A DNA stretch of 64,000 nucleotides from Azolla caroliniana (GCA_043228905.1 JBHGNT010000017.1:12586001-12650000), one strand, 5' to 3'; positions 26,533 through 39,646 are shown, numbered from the stretch's first letter. Made by a program: numbers and translations. Notes: generated from the letters alone by a model not told the origin.

Positions 26533-29500
26533 AACCCTAACCACCGATAAAAGATCAACATGTCGTCCACGTACAGGAGGAGTATTAGAAAGTCTCCTCC
26601 TTCGAACTTCTTCACAAACACGCAGTGGTCGGACTGCGTTTTGAGGTACCCTTCGTTGGTCATGAAGGAGTCGAACTTCCGGTACCATTGCCGGGGAGCC
26701 TGCTTCAGTCCGTAGAGGCTCTTCTTCAACCGGCATACCAGGTGCTCCTTCCCTTTCTTCTTGAATCCTTCCGGTTGCTGCATGTAGATCTCTTCTTCGA
26801 GGTCACCGTGAAGGAATGCCGTCTTCACGTCCATCTGTTCTACCTCGAGGTCCATGCTTGCCGCTATGCTCAGCACCGTCCGGATGGAGGTCATCTTCAC
26901 TACCGGGGCAAATATCTCGTCGAAGTCGACGCCCTTCTTCTGCTGAAACCCCTTCACCACGATCCTGGCTTTGTATCTCGGGGGGTTTTCGGCATCTCCC
27001 GGTTTCAGCTTGAACACCCACTTGTTTCGAAGTGCCCGCTTTCCTTTCGGCAACTCCACAAGTTCATATGTGTGGTTCTCATGCAGGGAATCCATCTCGT
27101 CCTACATGGCACTCAACCACCTGCGGCTCTGGGTGTCATGCTTTGCTTCTTCAAAGCTCTCCGGCTCCCCCTCGTCGGTTAGCAGCACGTGCTCTGGTTC
27201 CGGAAATCTCCGGGGGGCCCTTCTCTCTCTTAGAGGATATCTCCGTTCCGGAGCTTCGGTAACCGGTTCTTCCGATTCTTCTTCATCCGAATCCATTTCG
27301 GGATCGGGGCCGGTTCCAGTATCATTTTCATCTTCTTCGGCCGGTTCTGTTTCTTCACCGTCTCCGGCCGGATCCTCGAGTGCTAACCGGTCCCTTGCCG
27401 GTCGGGACTGCTCCTCGTAGAGTTGATCCTCACCGGTCGACTTGGAGCTCTTCATCTTCTTCTCCGACTCCCAGTCGGCGAGTGTCTTGTTCTCCATGAA
27501 GATGATATCTCGACTCCTGAATATCTTCTTGTCGACCGGGTCCCATACTCGGTAGCCGAACTCGTCGTCGCCGTAACCGAGGAATATGCATGGCCGGGTC
27601 TTTGGATCTAGCTTTCCTCTCCGGTCCTTAGCCACATGCACGTATGCGAGACACCCGAACACCTTCAGATGCCGGTAAGATACTTCCCTACCGGTCCACA
27701 CTCTCTGCGGCGTGTCTCCGTCCAAAGGTACTGAGGGTGATCGGTTTATCACATATGTCGCCGTCGACATTGCCTCAGCCCAAAACCCCTTGGGTAATTT
27801 CGCATGCGCCAGCATACTCCGGACCCTCTCCATTATGGTCCGGTTCATCCTCTCGGCCAGCCCATTCAGTTCCGACGTCTTCGGCACAGTAAACTCGAGC
27901 CGGATTCCTTTCGAGCGACAGTACTCCGCGAACTGCCCCCGGTATTCCCCTCCGTTATCCGCTCGTATCGCTTTTAGCTTCTTGCCGGATTCTCTTTCCA
28001 CTCTCGCGTGGAGTTCTTTGAAGACGCACAACACTTGGTCCTTTGTCTTCAACGGTGCCGACCACAGCTTCCGGCTGTGATCATCAATGAATGTTACGAA
28101 GTACTGGGCTCCGCCATGTGACTTCGTTTCTACCTGACACACATCAGTGTGTACCAACTCCAATGGTGCGCAACGTCTCGTCGGTGGCCTTGAGTGGAAG
28201 GAGGTTCGGTTCTGCTTACCGGCCAGGCAATCGGTGCACTTCTCCAGGTGCACATGCTTCACTGGAATAAGGTTGTCTTCTGCAAGCCTCTTCATCCCCT
28301 TCTCACTCATGTGGCACAGTCTCTTGTGCCACAGCTCACCGGCAGTGTCGGCTGCCACGTTCAACTCCTCTGGACACAACCAGGCATTCATCAGGTACAG
28401 TGTGTTGACCTTCCGGGCCCGAGCCACTATCAGGCTCCCCTTGCTGAACTTCATTACGCCGTTCCGGATGCTACCCGTGTAGCCTTCATCGTCTAGCCTC
28501 CTGGCCGAAATCAGGTTCAATCGAACCTCCGGAACGTGTCGGACATCCTTCAGCAGCATTTTGCATCCGGTCGGGGTTGTCAACCACACGTCTCCTGTGC
28601 CAGCAATCCGGCACGTACCTTCATTTCCCATCCGAACACAGCCATGCTCACCGGCTGTGTAGGATGAGAAGTATCTTCTCTCCGGGGTCAGGTGGAACGA
28701 TGCTCCGGAATCGACCACCCAGGTCGTCTCATCGCCGGCAATGTTTAGTTCACCTTCTTCGGTGATGAGCATGATCTCCTCTTCACTTGCCGCGAGTGCT
28801 GTCGTTCCTTTCCGGTCCTGCCCTCGCCGATCCGAACCATTCCGGTCCGTGGCTCCCCGGTAAGCACCGTTCCGTTCCGAAGACTTCTTCGAATCGGTGT
28901 CGTCGGTTCCGTTGTCTTTTCGGTAATGCCGACAATTCTTTCGGAAGTGCCCCGGCTTCCCACAGTGGAAGCATGTGGGCCTTCCTCTTGACTGCGACCG
29001 GGTCCCCGACTTCTCCCGTCTTTGCGGACTCCGGTTCCGTTGTCTTCCCCGATCCGATTCGGTAAACAACATCTTCGGATCGGAGGCCGGTTCTTTATCT
29101 CTCCGACGCGCTTCTTCGTTCAAAATACTTGTCTTTACCGTTTGTAGGGACAAGTTATCTTCGGTGCAGGAGGTGCTGAGAGTCACCACCAAGTTCTCCC
29201 AGCTTTCCGGCAATGTACACATCAGAATGATGGCTTGCATTGCATCCTCCAGCGGGAACTTGATCGCCGCAAGCTGGTTCACGAATCCCATGAACGTGCT
29301 TACGTGTTCCACCATACTCTCGCCGTCCCGGTACTTGAGGTTCACTATCTTCCTCATCAGGGAGGTCCGGTTCAACGCATTCTTCCTCTCGTAGAGGCCC
29401 GACAGCTTCCGCCACATCTCATATGCGTTGGTGTCGTTCGCCACATGTTGTAGAACGCTCACGTCGACGTATTGCCGAATGGTTGCAACGGCTTTCCGGT

Positions 29501-29669
29501 TTAGAAGCCTCCATTCCGACTCAAGTACCCCCTTCGGTATTTCCGACCTGTCAATCGGTTCGTACAGGTCCCGAACAATCAGAAGATCCTCCATCTTGAT
29601 CTTCCAGTCGGCGTAATTCTGTGCATTCAGCACCATCATCCCCGGCTGCCCGCTGCCGCCGCCTTCCAT
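26533..29669 (-). pseudogene. copia gag-pol polyprotein with one in-frame TAG (27102-27104), truncated in RT
   Basis: ATG at 29669 (MEGGGSGQPG). ORFs 27102-29810 and 26499-27095 share a frame. Confidence 0.9.
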
Positions 29670-30334
29670 TTTCTGCAGCAGCCCGCTCTGATACCAAATT
29701 GATGGAAAATCGATCGACACTTTCCAAACTTCACCTCTCGGCCACAACCAAGGAAACACACGAATCGTTGTTGCAGAAAATGGGAAATGCGAGAAATAGA
29801 GTGGACACACGATTTAACGTGGAAAACCCTGTACGGGAAAAACCACGGGAGTACAAGACTCCGAACCAAAACTATGCACAGAGAAATATACAATGGCGAG
29901 CTGCAAGGCGACGACCTTGAGCTCGCTGTCCTCGCCACAGGCGGCGGAAATACACAGAGGCGACGACCTCTTCCTCTCTCACGCTCTATCTCTCTCACGG
30001 CTGCTCTCTCTTCACTCCTCTTGAGTGGAAAAACAGAAAAATAAGAAGCAACATAAAACTTTTTGCCCTAAGTCATATTTATACGCATATGACTTTCGGG
30101 CTATTTACAAATATAGCCTCAAGGGCCCTTGGCAAACATATTCACAAATATGTCCCCACATCCGGATCTCGCTCCGGGTACATTCATCATCCGGCTCCGT
30201 AGCCGGGATCTTCATCATCCGGCTCCGTAGCCGGGGTCTTCATCATCCGGCTCCGTAGCCGGGACCGTAACCGTAACCGGGATTGCCGTCTTTCATCTCC
30301 GGACATCCCATCCGGAGGGACCGAAATCCCAACA
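26533..30334 (-). mobile_element. Young Tork/Tnt1-like Ty1/copia, 3'-truncated: 5' LTR 29700-30334, iMet PBS 29685-29696, gag-pol
   Basis: LTR TGTTGGG...CA. Continuous gag (CFHCGKPGHFRKNC), PR (VDSGAS), INT (HTDVC, RADNGGEY, NGLAER) and RT up to YVDDMLI. Confidence 0.96.
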
Positions 30335-31790
30335 AAACGCTTCTTTTCCCTTGGGCCCCCGTTGACCTAAGTTGGCTAGCGATACCACTTCAAACTTCTT
30401 GGAGAGCTCTTCAATTATAGAGTCCTCCATCGCTTTCTTGTCAAAATTGTTGATCAGCTTGCTAGGCTCGACTGTCACAGATGCCTTCCTCCTCCACGAT
30501 TGTGGATTCTTCATATCAATTTCCTCTTGCCATTGTCGACGCTTATCAAGATGGCTACAAGCCATCTTCATCGCCGCCCAGTCCGCTACCAAGCCATTTG
30601 GTTGTGTTTCGTCCTCCAAAAAACTACCCAATTCTCGCCGATCTTTCGTATCCACCGCCTTCAGGAATAGCATGACTTTATCTCCATCGAGAACTCGTTG
30701 ATCAACACTCAGAAGTCGGTTGTACTTTTGGTCGAATTCCGCATATACTCCCGACGCACACATATTCTTCCCTTTCTTCTCGATTCAAATCATTAGTGTA
30801 TGTCGAGTCATCCTTGACACATCTTCAAGCATGTATTCAGCAAGAAGTGCATTTTCGAACTCTGCCCAAGTTATGTGCTCGTTTTGGATCTCCATGATGC
30901 TCTCGTAGATCCCTGGTTCCACCACACGTTTAAAGCTAGATATTTGTTTGAGATCATTGACATCCCTCTACTACATCTCGTTCCGATACGTAGCAAGGAA
31001 ATTCGTGATGTTCTTGCCACCAAACCGTCCAGCTATCTCCACTATTCGATCAACAAGTTTGTCGATTAAAGCCTCCCGATCTCTCACCTTCAGCATGTAT
31101 TCCACGATGCACACCATGCCTTTTGTTAGTTCCACTTCTTGAGTTCTGCTTGTCGAAGCCATCATCGCACTTGATATCCTCCTACCACCTCGTTTCACGT
31201 CGGGTTCACCAAAGATGTCGCGAAAATACGACAAGGATATGTGAACTTGAGGCAGGACCTCGAGGCCTCCAACCAGAGGATATCAAATTCGTATGTTATG
31301 TATTAAAAATTAATGAAAATCAGAAATTTTAATATTTTTCATTACCAAAGGAAAAGAAATATTACAACCAATCCCAAGATTGGGATTACAGAAGTTTAGA
31401 TTTAGTAAGATATAGCTTTGATAAGAAAATTAAGGTTTTCGGCTTGGATAAGAAAATTAAGGTTTTTGGCTTGGATAAGAAAATTAAGGTTTTTGGCTTC
31501 GATAAAAAAATTAGGGTTTTTGGCTTTGATAAGAGATGGATTTGATAAGATAATTAGGATTCTTGGCTTCAATGAGAGATGGTTTCAATATGCTTATATA
31601 GTTGGATCCTAAAGTTTCTTACCTATGTGGGATATCTTAAAATTCTAGTATTCCCTCATCCTCTTAAGCTTCATAGTTACATAACTTAATATGTAGTTAT
31701 CCATTTTATATGTAGTAAAATGCATTCGGAAACTCTTGAAGGCGTTCATCTTTCTATAACAAGCCATTAAGCTACTATAAAATAAATATT

Positions 31791-31822
<32 letters not shown>

Positions 31823-31851
31823 TTACATAGTGTGTGAAGAATCACACGACA
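30335..31851 (-). mobile_element. Ty3/gypsy 5' end: LTR 31216-31851, tRNA-Trp PBS 31194-31211, gag fragment
   Basis: PBS on + reads ttcacgtcgggttcacca; gag IAGRFGGKNITNFLATY, MLFLKAVD; flank CCGG; ~27-bp repeats at 31418-31530. Confidence 0.9.
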
Positions 31852-33700
31852 CCGGAAACCCACTGAGATACAAAGCCTGGATCATGGTGAATGGGTTCTA
31901 GTAGAAGAAAGGAGTGGATTTCGATGAGATCTTAGCCTCCGTAGTTAAGATGACTTCCATCCGAATGGTGCTGAGCATAGCTGCAACCATGGACCTCGAG
32001 GTAGAGTAACTAGACGTAAAGACGATGGTCCTCCATGGTGACCTTGAAGAGGAGATCTACATGCAACAACCAGAAGGATTTGTGAAGGGAAGGAGCATTT
32101 GTTGGTTCGGTTGAAGAAGAGCTTATACGGATTGAAGCAAACTCCCCGGCAATGGTACCGGAAGTTCGACTCCTTCATGACCGACCAAGGGTACCACAAG
32201 AAGTAGGCCGATCACTACGTGTTTGTAAAGAAATTTGACGGAGAAGATTTCCTGATACTCCTCCTATCTGTGGATGATATGTTGATCGTCAGATGAGACC
32301 AAGGCAAGATTCTGATGCTGAAGAAGGTTCAGAATCAGACCTTCTCAATGAAAGACTTGGGTCCGACAAGACAGATATTGGGAATGCACATCATCCGGGA
32401 CCGGTCGAAGAAGCTGTTGTGGTTGTCACAAGAGAAGTACGTGAAAAAGGAAGCTATTGTGGTTGTCACAAGAGAAGTACGTGACAAAGGTGCTTCAACG
32501 GTTCAACATGTCAGAGGCGAAATCGGTCGGATCGACACTTACGACAAACTGCACGCTATCCGAAAAACAAAGCCCGAGGACAAAGGCGGAGAAGACGGAT
32601 ATGATGAAGATACCATATGCTTCTACCGTCAAAAGCTTGATTTACATGATGGTATGTACCTGGCCAGATATCGGATATGCAATCAGAGTGGTGAGCCGAT
32701 TCATGAGCAATCCCGAAAGAGAGCACTAGAATGCGGTAAAGTGGGTACTCTGGTATTTGAAAGGCACCTCAAGTATGTGCCTCCGATTCGGCTTCGGTAA
32801 ACCCCTCTTGGAAGGCTTCACCGATTTGGATATGTCGGCTGATGCAGATACCAGCCGGTCTACATTCGGATATATCATGACTTATGCAGGGGGAGCTGTT
32901 TCGTGGTAGTCGAGGTTGCAGAAGATGGTTGCGTTGGCAACCACGGAAGCGGAGTACATGGTAGCTGTGGAAGCCGGCAAGGAGATAATCTGGATGAAGG
33001 ACTTCATCCGAGAGCTAGGGATCCAATAAGAGGAATACCGGCTCTACTGCGACAATCAAAGTGCCATCCACCTTGCGAGGAATGCGGCCTACCATTCCCG
33101 AACGAAACATATCTAGTGGAGGTACCACTAGATCCGGGAGTTCGTGTTGACGAAGATCCACACGGAGGAGAACGGGTCGGATATGCTGACCAAGGTGTTG
33201 ACAACCGATAAGTTGGACGCGTGCCGAAAGCGGATCGGGCTGACGAGACATCCTATGCCGGAGTGAAGGGGGAGATTGTTGGGAAGTCGGTCCCTCTGGA
33301 TGGGATCCGGTTATGAATGAAGAGGACCCAGTGAGAACTGGAAGAGAAGACATATTTGTAAATATGTTTTGAGTAAGCCTATTGAGGATATATTTGTAAA
33401 TAGCCCTAAGTTCATATGAGTATAAATATGACCTAGGGCAATCACAAAAGTAGAGAGTTGTCATATTGTTGTATGTGCATAACTGTTGTATAGAGTGAGA
33501 GGAGATACAGAGCGATACTTTGTTGTAACCGCCACTTGGCAAAGATACAGAGCTCGAGGTCGTTGCCTCCGAGTCTCTGATTGTATCTTTCTTATATAGT
33601 GATAGCTTGGATTTTGTGGGCTCTCGTTGTTTTTCCCTATTAGGGTTTTCCACGTAAACATCCTGTGTACTCTCTATTGTTCGTGTGTGTATGTGTACTA
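31852..33700 (+). mobile_element. Tork-like copia 3' half (RT-RNaseH, PPT, LTR from 33277), degenerate
   Basis: SLYGLKQ, MKDLG, YCDNQSAIHLA, DMLTK. PPT gaagggggagat precedes tgttgggaag. A ~41-bp internal duplication lies at ~32410-32485. Confidence 0.9.
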
Positions 33701-33779
33701 ATCTCCAACCCCATTTCTATGTTTGATTCTCAAAGAAGTGATTCAAGACTCAGTTGTGACTGAGCAACATTCCACGCTA

Positions 33780-34175
33780 TTTCCTTCATAAGGAACATTT
33801 CTTGTACTTCTCTCAGTTAGGTTTTATTACACGAGCAAGATATCTAAATACATTCTTATCAAATGCACTAAGGGTGGCCATTGGACAACTTAGGATATCA
33901 TCTCACCAACTTGAGATTGAGAATGGTCGGGCTAATAGAGTCCCTAGAGAGGAAGGGCTATGTAGGTTGTGCCACATAGAGATAGAGGATGAGTATCACT
34001 TCACATGCAAGTGCCCAACTTATGCCGAGATACGAGTGGAATACCAAGACATATTAGGACCCTTTCCCACCCTCTCCAAACTATTAGATACCTCGGATGT
34101 AAAGAGATTAGGTAGGTATATCTTAGAGCTAAAAGAACATAGGGAGAATAAATTACAAAGTGTTAACTATAACCC
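33780..34175 (+). mobile_element. LINE ORF2 C-terminal fragment (Cys/His zinc-knuckle domain)
   Basis: LRISSHQLEIENGR...PREEGLCRLC...EDEYHFTCKCPTY. Confidence 0.8.
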
Positions 34176-34180
34176 TTTTA

Positions 34181-35011
34181 CTATTCATCAACTTCATTCA
34201 AATACTTCGTGGCATCCTTTCCGCTGAACCGGCCAATCGTACCGATGACCGCCTCAATGGCTCTGTCGAGGGCGTCGGTGCCCTCGCGTGTGCTCAATAT
34301 CCGATCCACGGCCGAAGCCATGGCTTCTGCAAGATCCGACCCCCTCATCTTCTGCTCTTCTACCGCCTCTTTCACGTCGGGTTCACCAAGATGTCGAGGT
34401 ATTCCTCGCAGATGCGTGGAATGAGGCGGGGCCTCGGGGGTCTTGTACCGAAGAGCAAGAGACAAAGGAGAAGGGAAGGGACCCACTACGAGTGGGCGTA
34501 GATTCACAGGGACACAGCCCTTCGACACAAAGACGCGAGTGGGACACGATGCAGAGAGACACGAATGTATGTATATATATATTAACAAGGACAAACAACA
34601 AGAAGCATGAAGTCGGTCACAACCGAACAGGCCAACGAACAGATGCCGATGCCTGTTCGTAAACGCTCAAAAAGAAAGGAGTAGGTTGGAGGTGCTGCCG
34701 GAAGCACTCGGGCATTCCTCAGAGCAGCGCGAGCCTCCCGAAACCTTGTGCAGAAAGAAGCTACGGAGTATGGAAGAGAGAGAAGCCTTCGGCCCACAAC
34801 CCGATAGCACTTCGTCCTCTCTCACCGCGATCCCTCACTCCTCCTCGTCTCCCTCCTTTTATAGGCAAGAAAGGAGCCGTTTCCCATTAACTACCTACCG
34901 GATCTACCTACCTAGGATCTTCTATGTACTACATAAGACGCACGTGCATGAAGAGCCGGTTCCTACGCTCCGGTGCACCGATTCCGATTGTGGACGGTTT
35001 TCTTCACGACA
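34181..35011 (-). mobile_element. Ty3/gypsy 5' end: LTR 34392-35011, tRNA-Trp PBS 34371-34388, gag start
   Basis: PBS ttcacgtcgggttcacca; gag IGRFSGKDATKYL; flank ACGC. Confidence 0.88.
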
Positions 35012-38000
35012 ACGCGAGATGAAATCCGCCATGTTCGCGAAAAACACGAAAGCCAACTCCGACATAGAGCTTTGGCACAAGCAAATCGGCCACATCAATC
35101 TCAACAACCTCAAAGCAATGAAATTGAAAGGAGTCGTCATCGGACTCCCGACATTGAAAGAGAAGGAGATTGAAGGTGTATGCGAAGCGTGCCAATTTGG
35201 CAAGCAACACCGACATCCATTCCCGAAAGAGCGGAACGTGAGCAAAGGTCTACTCGATGTAGTCCATTCCGACGTATGGGGACTGGCGCAGATGGCTACA
35301 TTCGGCGGATGCCGATATTACGTGCTCTTCATCGATGACTTCTCTAGGCACACTTGGATCTACCCGATGCGGCAAAAGAGCAAAGTGTTCGGACATTTCC
35401 AAAATTTCAAGAATGAAGTCGAGAAAGCCACGAGCCGACATGTACGATGCCTTCGATCGGATGGCGGCAAGGAGTACTTCTCGGACGATTTCATGGCGTA
35501 TCTCCGAAAGGAAGGAATTCGGAGAGAATTCACTTTCCGACACACTCCGCAACAAAACGGAGTAGCCGAGCGCAAAAATCGGCACATCCTCGAAGTAGCG
35601 CGGGCCATGATGAACGAGAAGCATATGCCCAAGTCATATTGGGCCGAAGCTGCAAATATGGCCGTCTACCTAATGAACCGATGCACAACATCCGGCGTGC
35701 ACGAGGTCACTCCGCACGAAAAATACTTTGGAAAGAAGCCGGACTTATCGCACATCCGGATATTCGGGGCGATAGCGTACGTGCACATCCCCAACGAGAA
35801 GCATCAAAAGCTTGACCCAAAGTCGGAGAAATGTATCCTCGTAGGATACTCATTGGAGCAAAAGGGGTACAAGTGCTACAACCCCTAAACTCGAAAATCT
35901 CGAGTAAGTCGAGACGTCGTTTTTGACGAGTCCACATCCTAGTACGCACCAGAGACAACTCCAACTCCGACACCGCTTGACTCGGAATTCGCCGAACAAG
36001 AGATCGAGGATGAAGATCGCCTTATGCGCATGTTCGAAGAAAGTCCAATCACGACTCGACTGAGCAGACCACAAGAGCCTTTGAGCAATCAAAGCACATC
36101 ACGGCCTAGCCCAAAGATGGACAAAGGCAAGGCGAAAATGGCGGAATACGAAGATGATCGCTTCGACGACGATGAGGCGACTCACTCACTCGACAGTGAG
36201 TTCGGCGGCTTCGAGGTACCAATGGGAGCTAAGAAAGCCCTCATCTCTGCAAATGAAAAACTCCGCCAATCCACCTGTGAAAAGAACCTCGTAAGCCGAT
36301 TCGGCTACAACGATTATATGGCATACCATTACGCCTTTATGATGAAGGTAGCGACAGTACAGGAGCCGGAAACCTTTTCGGAAGCCGCGAAGGACCCAAG
36401 ATGGATCGAAGTAATGAACGAGGAGATGCAAGCACTACGGAAGAACGAGACGTGGGATCACGTTTCCACCGCACCGCACAAAAAGGCGATCGGATGCATA
36501 TGGATCTACAAGGTGAAGTATAACGCCAATGGCTCCGTAAAACACTACAAAGCTCGACTCGTAGCGAAAGGATATGCTCAGACGCATGGTGTCGACTACG
36601 AAGAGACCTTTGCCCCGGTGGCAAAGATGACGACGGTGCGGACCGTAATTGCGCTTGCCGCGGTGAAAGGGTGGCACCTCCATCAAATGGACGTCAAGAA
36701 CGCCTTTCTACAAGGCGAATTAGAAGAGGAGGTGTACATGATACAACCACCTGGCTCCAACTCGAGCACCCATTCGAAAGTTGTATGCCGACTCAAGAAG
36801 CCACTCTACAGCCTCAAGCAAGCACCGCGTGCTTGGCGTTCGAAGATAACGCAATATCTTCATCAAATTGGCTTCCGTATGTCAAAATCGGACAACTCCC
36901 TCTACATACGAAGCAATTCCGCAAGTCCGATCGTCATCATTTTATATGTGGATGACGTAGTCATTGGAGGTGAGCATCTCGTCGAAATCAATAAAGTCAA
37001 ATCCCTCCTTTCCGACAAGTTCGAGATGATGGACATGAAGGAGCTCCACTACTTCCTCGGCATAGAGGTAATTCGAACTCCGGTCGGAATCATGATCTCT
37101 CAACGGCACTACATCCTCAACTTCTTATACAAGTTCGGTATGGTTGAGTGCAAATCCGCGGCAACCCCGCTCGATCGTAATCTCAAACTAGATGCGAACT
37201 CCGGCACCAAAGTGTGTGAGCTGCCTCAGTATCGACAACTTATCGGGAGTCTCATCTACCTCATGATCACTCGACCCGATCTCAGTTATCCGATCGGTCT
37301 CCTTAGTCAATTCATGCAAACACCGCGTGATACTCACTTGGATTGCGCTAAGCGAGTTCTACGATACGTGAGTGGCACAATGGATTGCGGCATCCTCTAC
37401 AAATCCGCGATGCCAATACGACTCGAGGGGTACACAAATGCCGATTGGGCCGGCTACAAAGACGATAGAAGGTCAACCTCTGGATTTTTTTTCTCCCTCG
37501 ACAGGGGAGCAATATCCTGGAGTAGCAAGAAGTAGCCGGCCGTCGCTCTTTCGAGTATGGAGGCGGAATATAGGGGCGCAGCCGTAGCTGCTTGTGAAGA
37601 GGATTTTGAAGGATCTGGGCGTACCCATCAAGGATCCGACCTCCCTTTACTGCGACAACATGAGCAGTATCTATCTGGCTCGGAACCCGATGTTCCACGG
37701 ATGGACAAAGCACATCGAAGTGCACTATCACTTCATCCAAGATCGCGTTCTAGCTGGCGATGTCGACCTACAACACATTAGCACCAATCTTCAAACGGCT
37801 GACATCTTCACTAAAGCCTTAGGAGTCGACAAGCTATGGCAATTCATGACCGATATCGGGTTGACGATCCCTGACTTGCCAAGTTTGAGGGGGAGTACTG
37901 AAGAGACTACGCAATAACGTGATTCCGCAACCACGCAACGAAGTCGCGAAGAGCTGATCTACCGCGCAAAGCCGTGAAGAAAGACGCAAGACGAAGCACA

Positions 38001-38556
38001 GACTTTGCAACTACGCACGCAAGCCGAAGCACAGACTTCGTAACTACGCACAACGCAAGGTGGAGCACGGATCCCGTAACTCCGCAGAAACGCGAGTCGA
38101 CGCGGACTCCGGAACGCAAGTCGAAGCGTATTTTTGGATACCGTCTGAAACCGACCCGACTTGAGCTTGAGGGGGCGTGTTGAGAATCAAGCTCAACTTG
38201 GTCTATTCTGTGAACTCACCTTGAGAGTGAATAGACACTCCAACGGTCAAGAGTCACCATTAAGTCACCACTTTGTATTCTAACATTTAGTATGAGTCAT
38301 AGAATCATATTCTATGACACATAACTTATGAGCTTTAACATTCCCCATGCTTCATGAGTCATGTAGTTAATGAAGAGAGAGGGTGACTATATAAAGCACC
38401 CTCCTCCCTCCTTGTACAATGTTGAGTCTTTCTCCTTTGTCAATATACTTTTACCTTGCGTATTCTTTGTGTTTCACACACTCTCTCTCTCTCTCTCATA
38501 CACACACAGTTCACACCTATTCCGCTTCACAAGAATCCATCTCTTGATTCTTAACA
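35012..38556 (+). mobile_element. Ty1/copia (pre-INT, INT, RT, RNaseH, 3' LTR 38178-38556), 5' end removed
   Basis: LWHKQIGH, HSDVWG, RSDGGKEY, QNGVAER, 503-aa RT ORF, ADIFTKAL. PPT gagggggcg. The LTR has a 14-bp terminal IR tgttgagaatcaag/cttgattcttaaca. Confidence 0.95.
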
Positions 38557-38859
38557 ACATACATAGATATATACATTATGCCCGTGGTGACGCCGGTGTC
38601 ACTCGACAAGCGCGAGGGGGTCTACATCTAAGGATTGGTTGGGAAGCACCCGCGCATGTTCGCGCAATGGGATCCTTGTGCAAGGCACCTCTCTACTAGA
38701 ACTGCCTCCTATCGCCAAGCGGCCTACCATGAGCACTCAGGCTCGCCGGCTTGAATGGGTCTTGCACGCCGAGGAGTGAAACCTGCCACCGAACTTCCAA
38801 GCGCACAGGCTCACCACCACCATAGAAACTGACACCCACACACGCACACCCACACACGG

Positions 38860-39646
38860 TGTCGTGCCTTTCGGCGCCGGATCGTTGCGTGAGTCGGGTG
38901 GGAACCACTGAGGTTTTGGACTAGGAGAAAGAAGAATATGAGATGAGGCTAGTAATGAATAGATTATTAGAAAGAGAGATAGAAATTTCGTGAATCCCAC
39001 GAGTGTATTGTATTCGATTAATCAATATTTAGATAAGAATATGTATTTAGATTGAAAGAAAGATATAAGAAACTTGTGAATCCCACAAGTATAGATTATA
39101 TTATTTTCGTGAATCCCACGATTATATTAATCGGTTGGTGTTTTCGGAAATATATCCAATTTCCAAATATTTCACACACCTATTACATTGTGCTCCCCAT
39201 CCTTATATAGTGATGGGAGAGATTAAGCATAGCTACATGCTTTTTCTAATATGTTCATGCACACTAAATGTGCATGTGATGCTTTTCTAATCCTTGCTTT
39301 TATTTGCTAAATATAGTGCTCATGCACACTAGATGTGCATGAGTCACTTTTTAGTTGCTTGCGTTTTTCTATAAAATATTCACGCACTCTAAAAATGCAT
39401 GATTTACCTTTTAATAAAGGTAGGCGCAAATAAAGCACTTATAGTTATTAAATCTATTTGTAGAACACTAAAGATAAGGTAGCATAATGGTAAAGTTGAG
39501 GTTTCGCTACGTGGAGGTACAGGGTTTGAATCTTGCCCTATGCATGTGATAAATATTTTGATATTCTTATGTGTTTTATTTATATGTAATTAAATCGGTT
39601 ATATTATTTTTACTTTTTCACATAGTGTACGAAATACACTACGACA
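38860..39646 (-). mobile_element. Gypsy solo LTR with 4-bp TSD ACGG/ATGG
   Basis: Reverse-complement homolog of 8383-9080 and 57483-58274. Flanks are 38856-38859 and 39647-39650. Confidence 0.88.

Noticed and set aside
27102-27104. Programmed stop-codon readthrough between INT and RT
   Set aside because: It falls at a conserved Gln position (AMQDEM). A CAG-to-TAG deamination is simpler, and similar stops occur throughout the TEs here.
31194-31211. tRNA-Trp gene
   Set aside because: Only the 3' 18 nt including CCA are present, next to an LTR, so it is a PBS. The same holds at 34371, 63328 and 9451.
34686-35018. N-terminal extension of the 400-aa integrase ORF
   Set aside because: It is chance read-through from the inserted gypsy LTR (ends 35011) into the copia sequence.
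38560-38859. GC-rich segment with short ORFs (38370-38699, 38696-38908)
   Set aside because: No recognisable motif. The ORFs cross LTR boundaries, so the segment is left unassigned.
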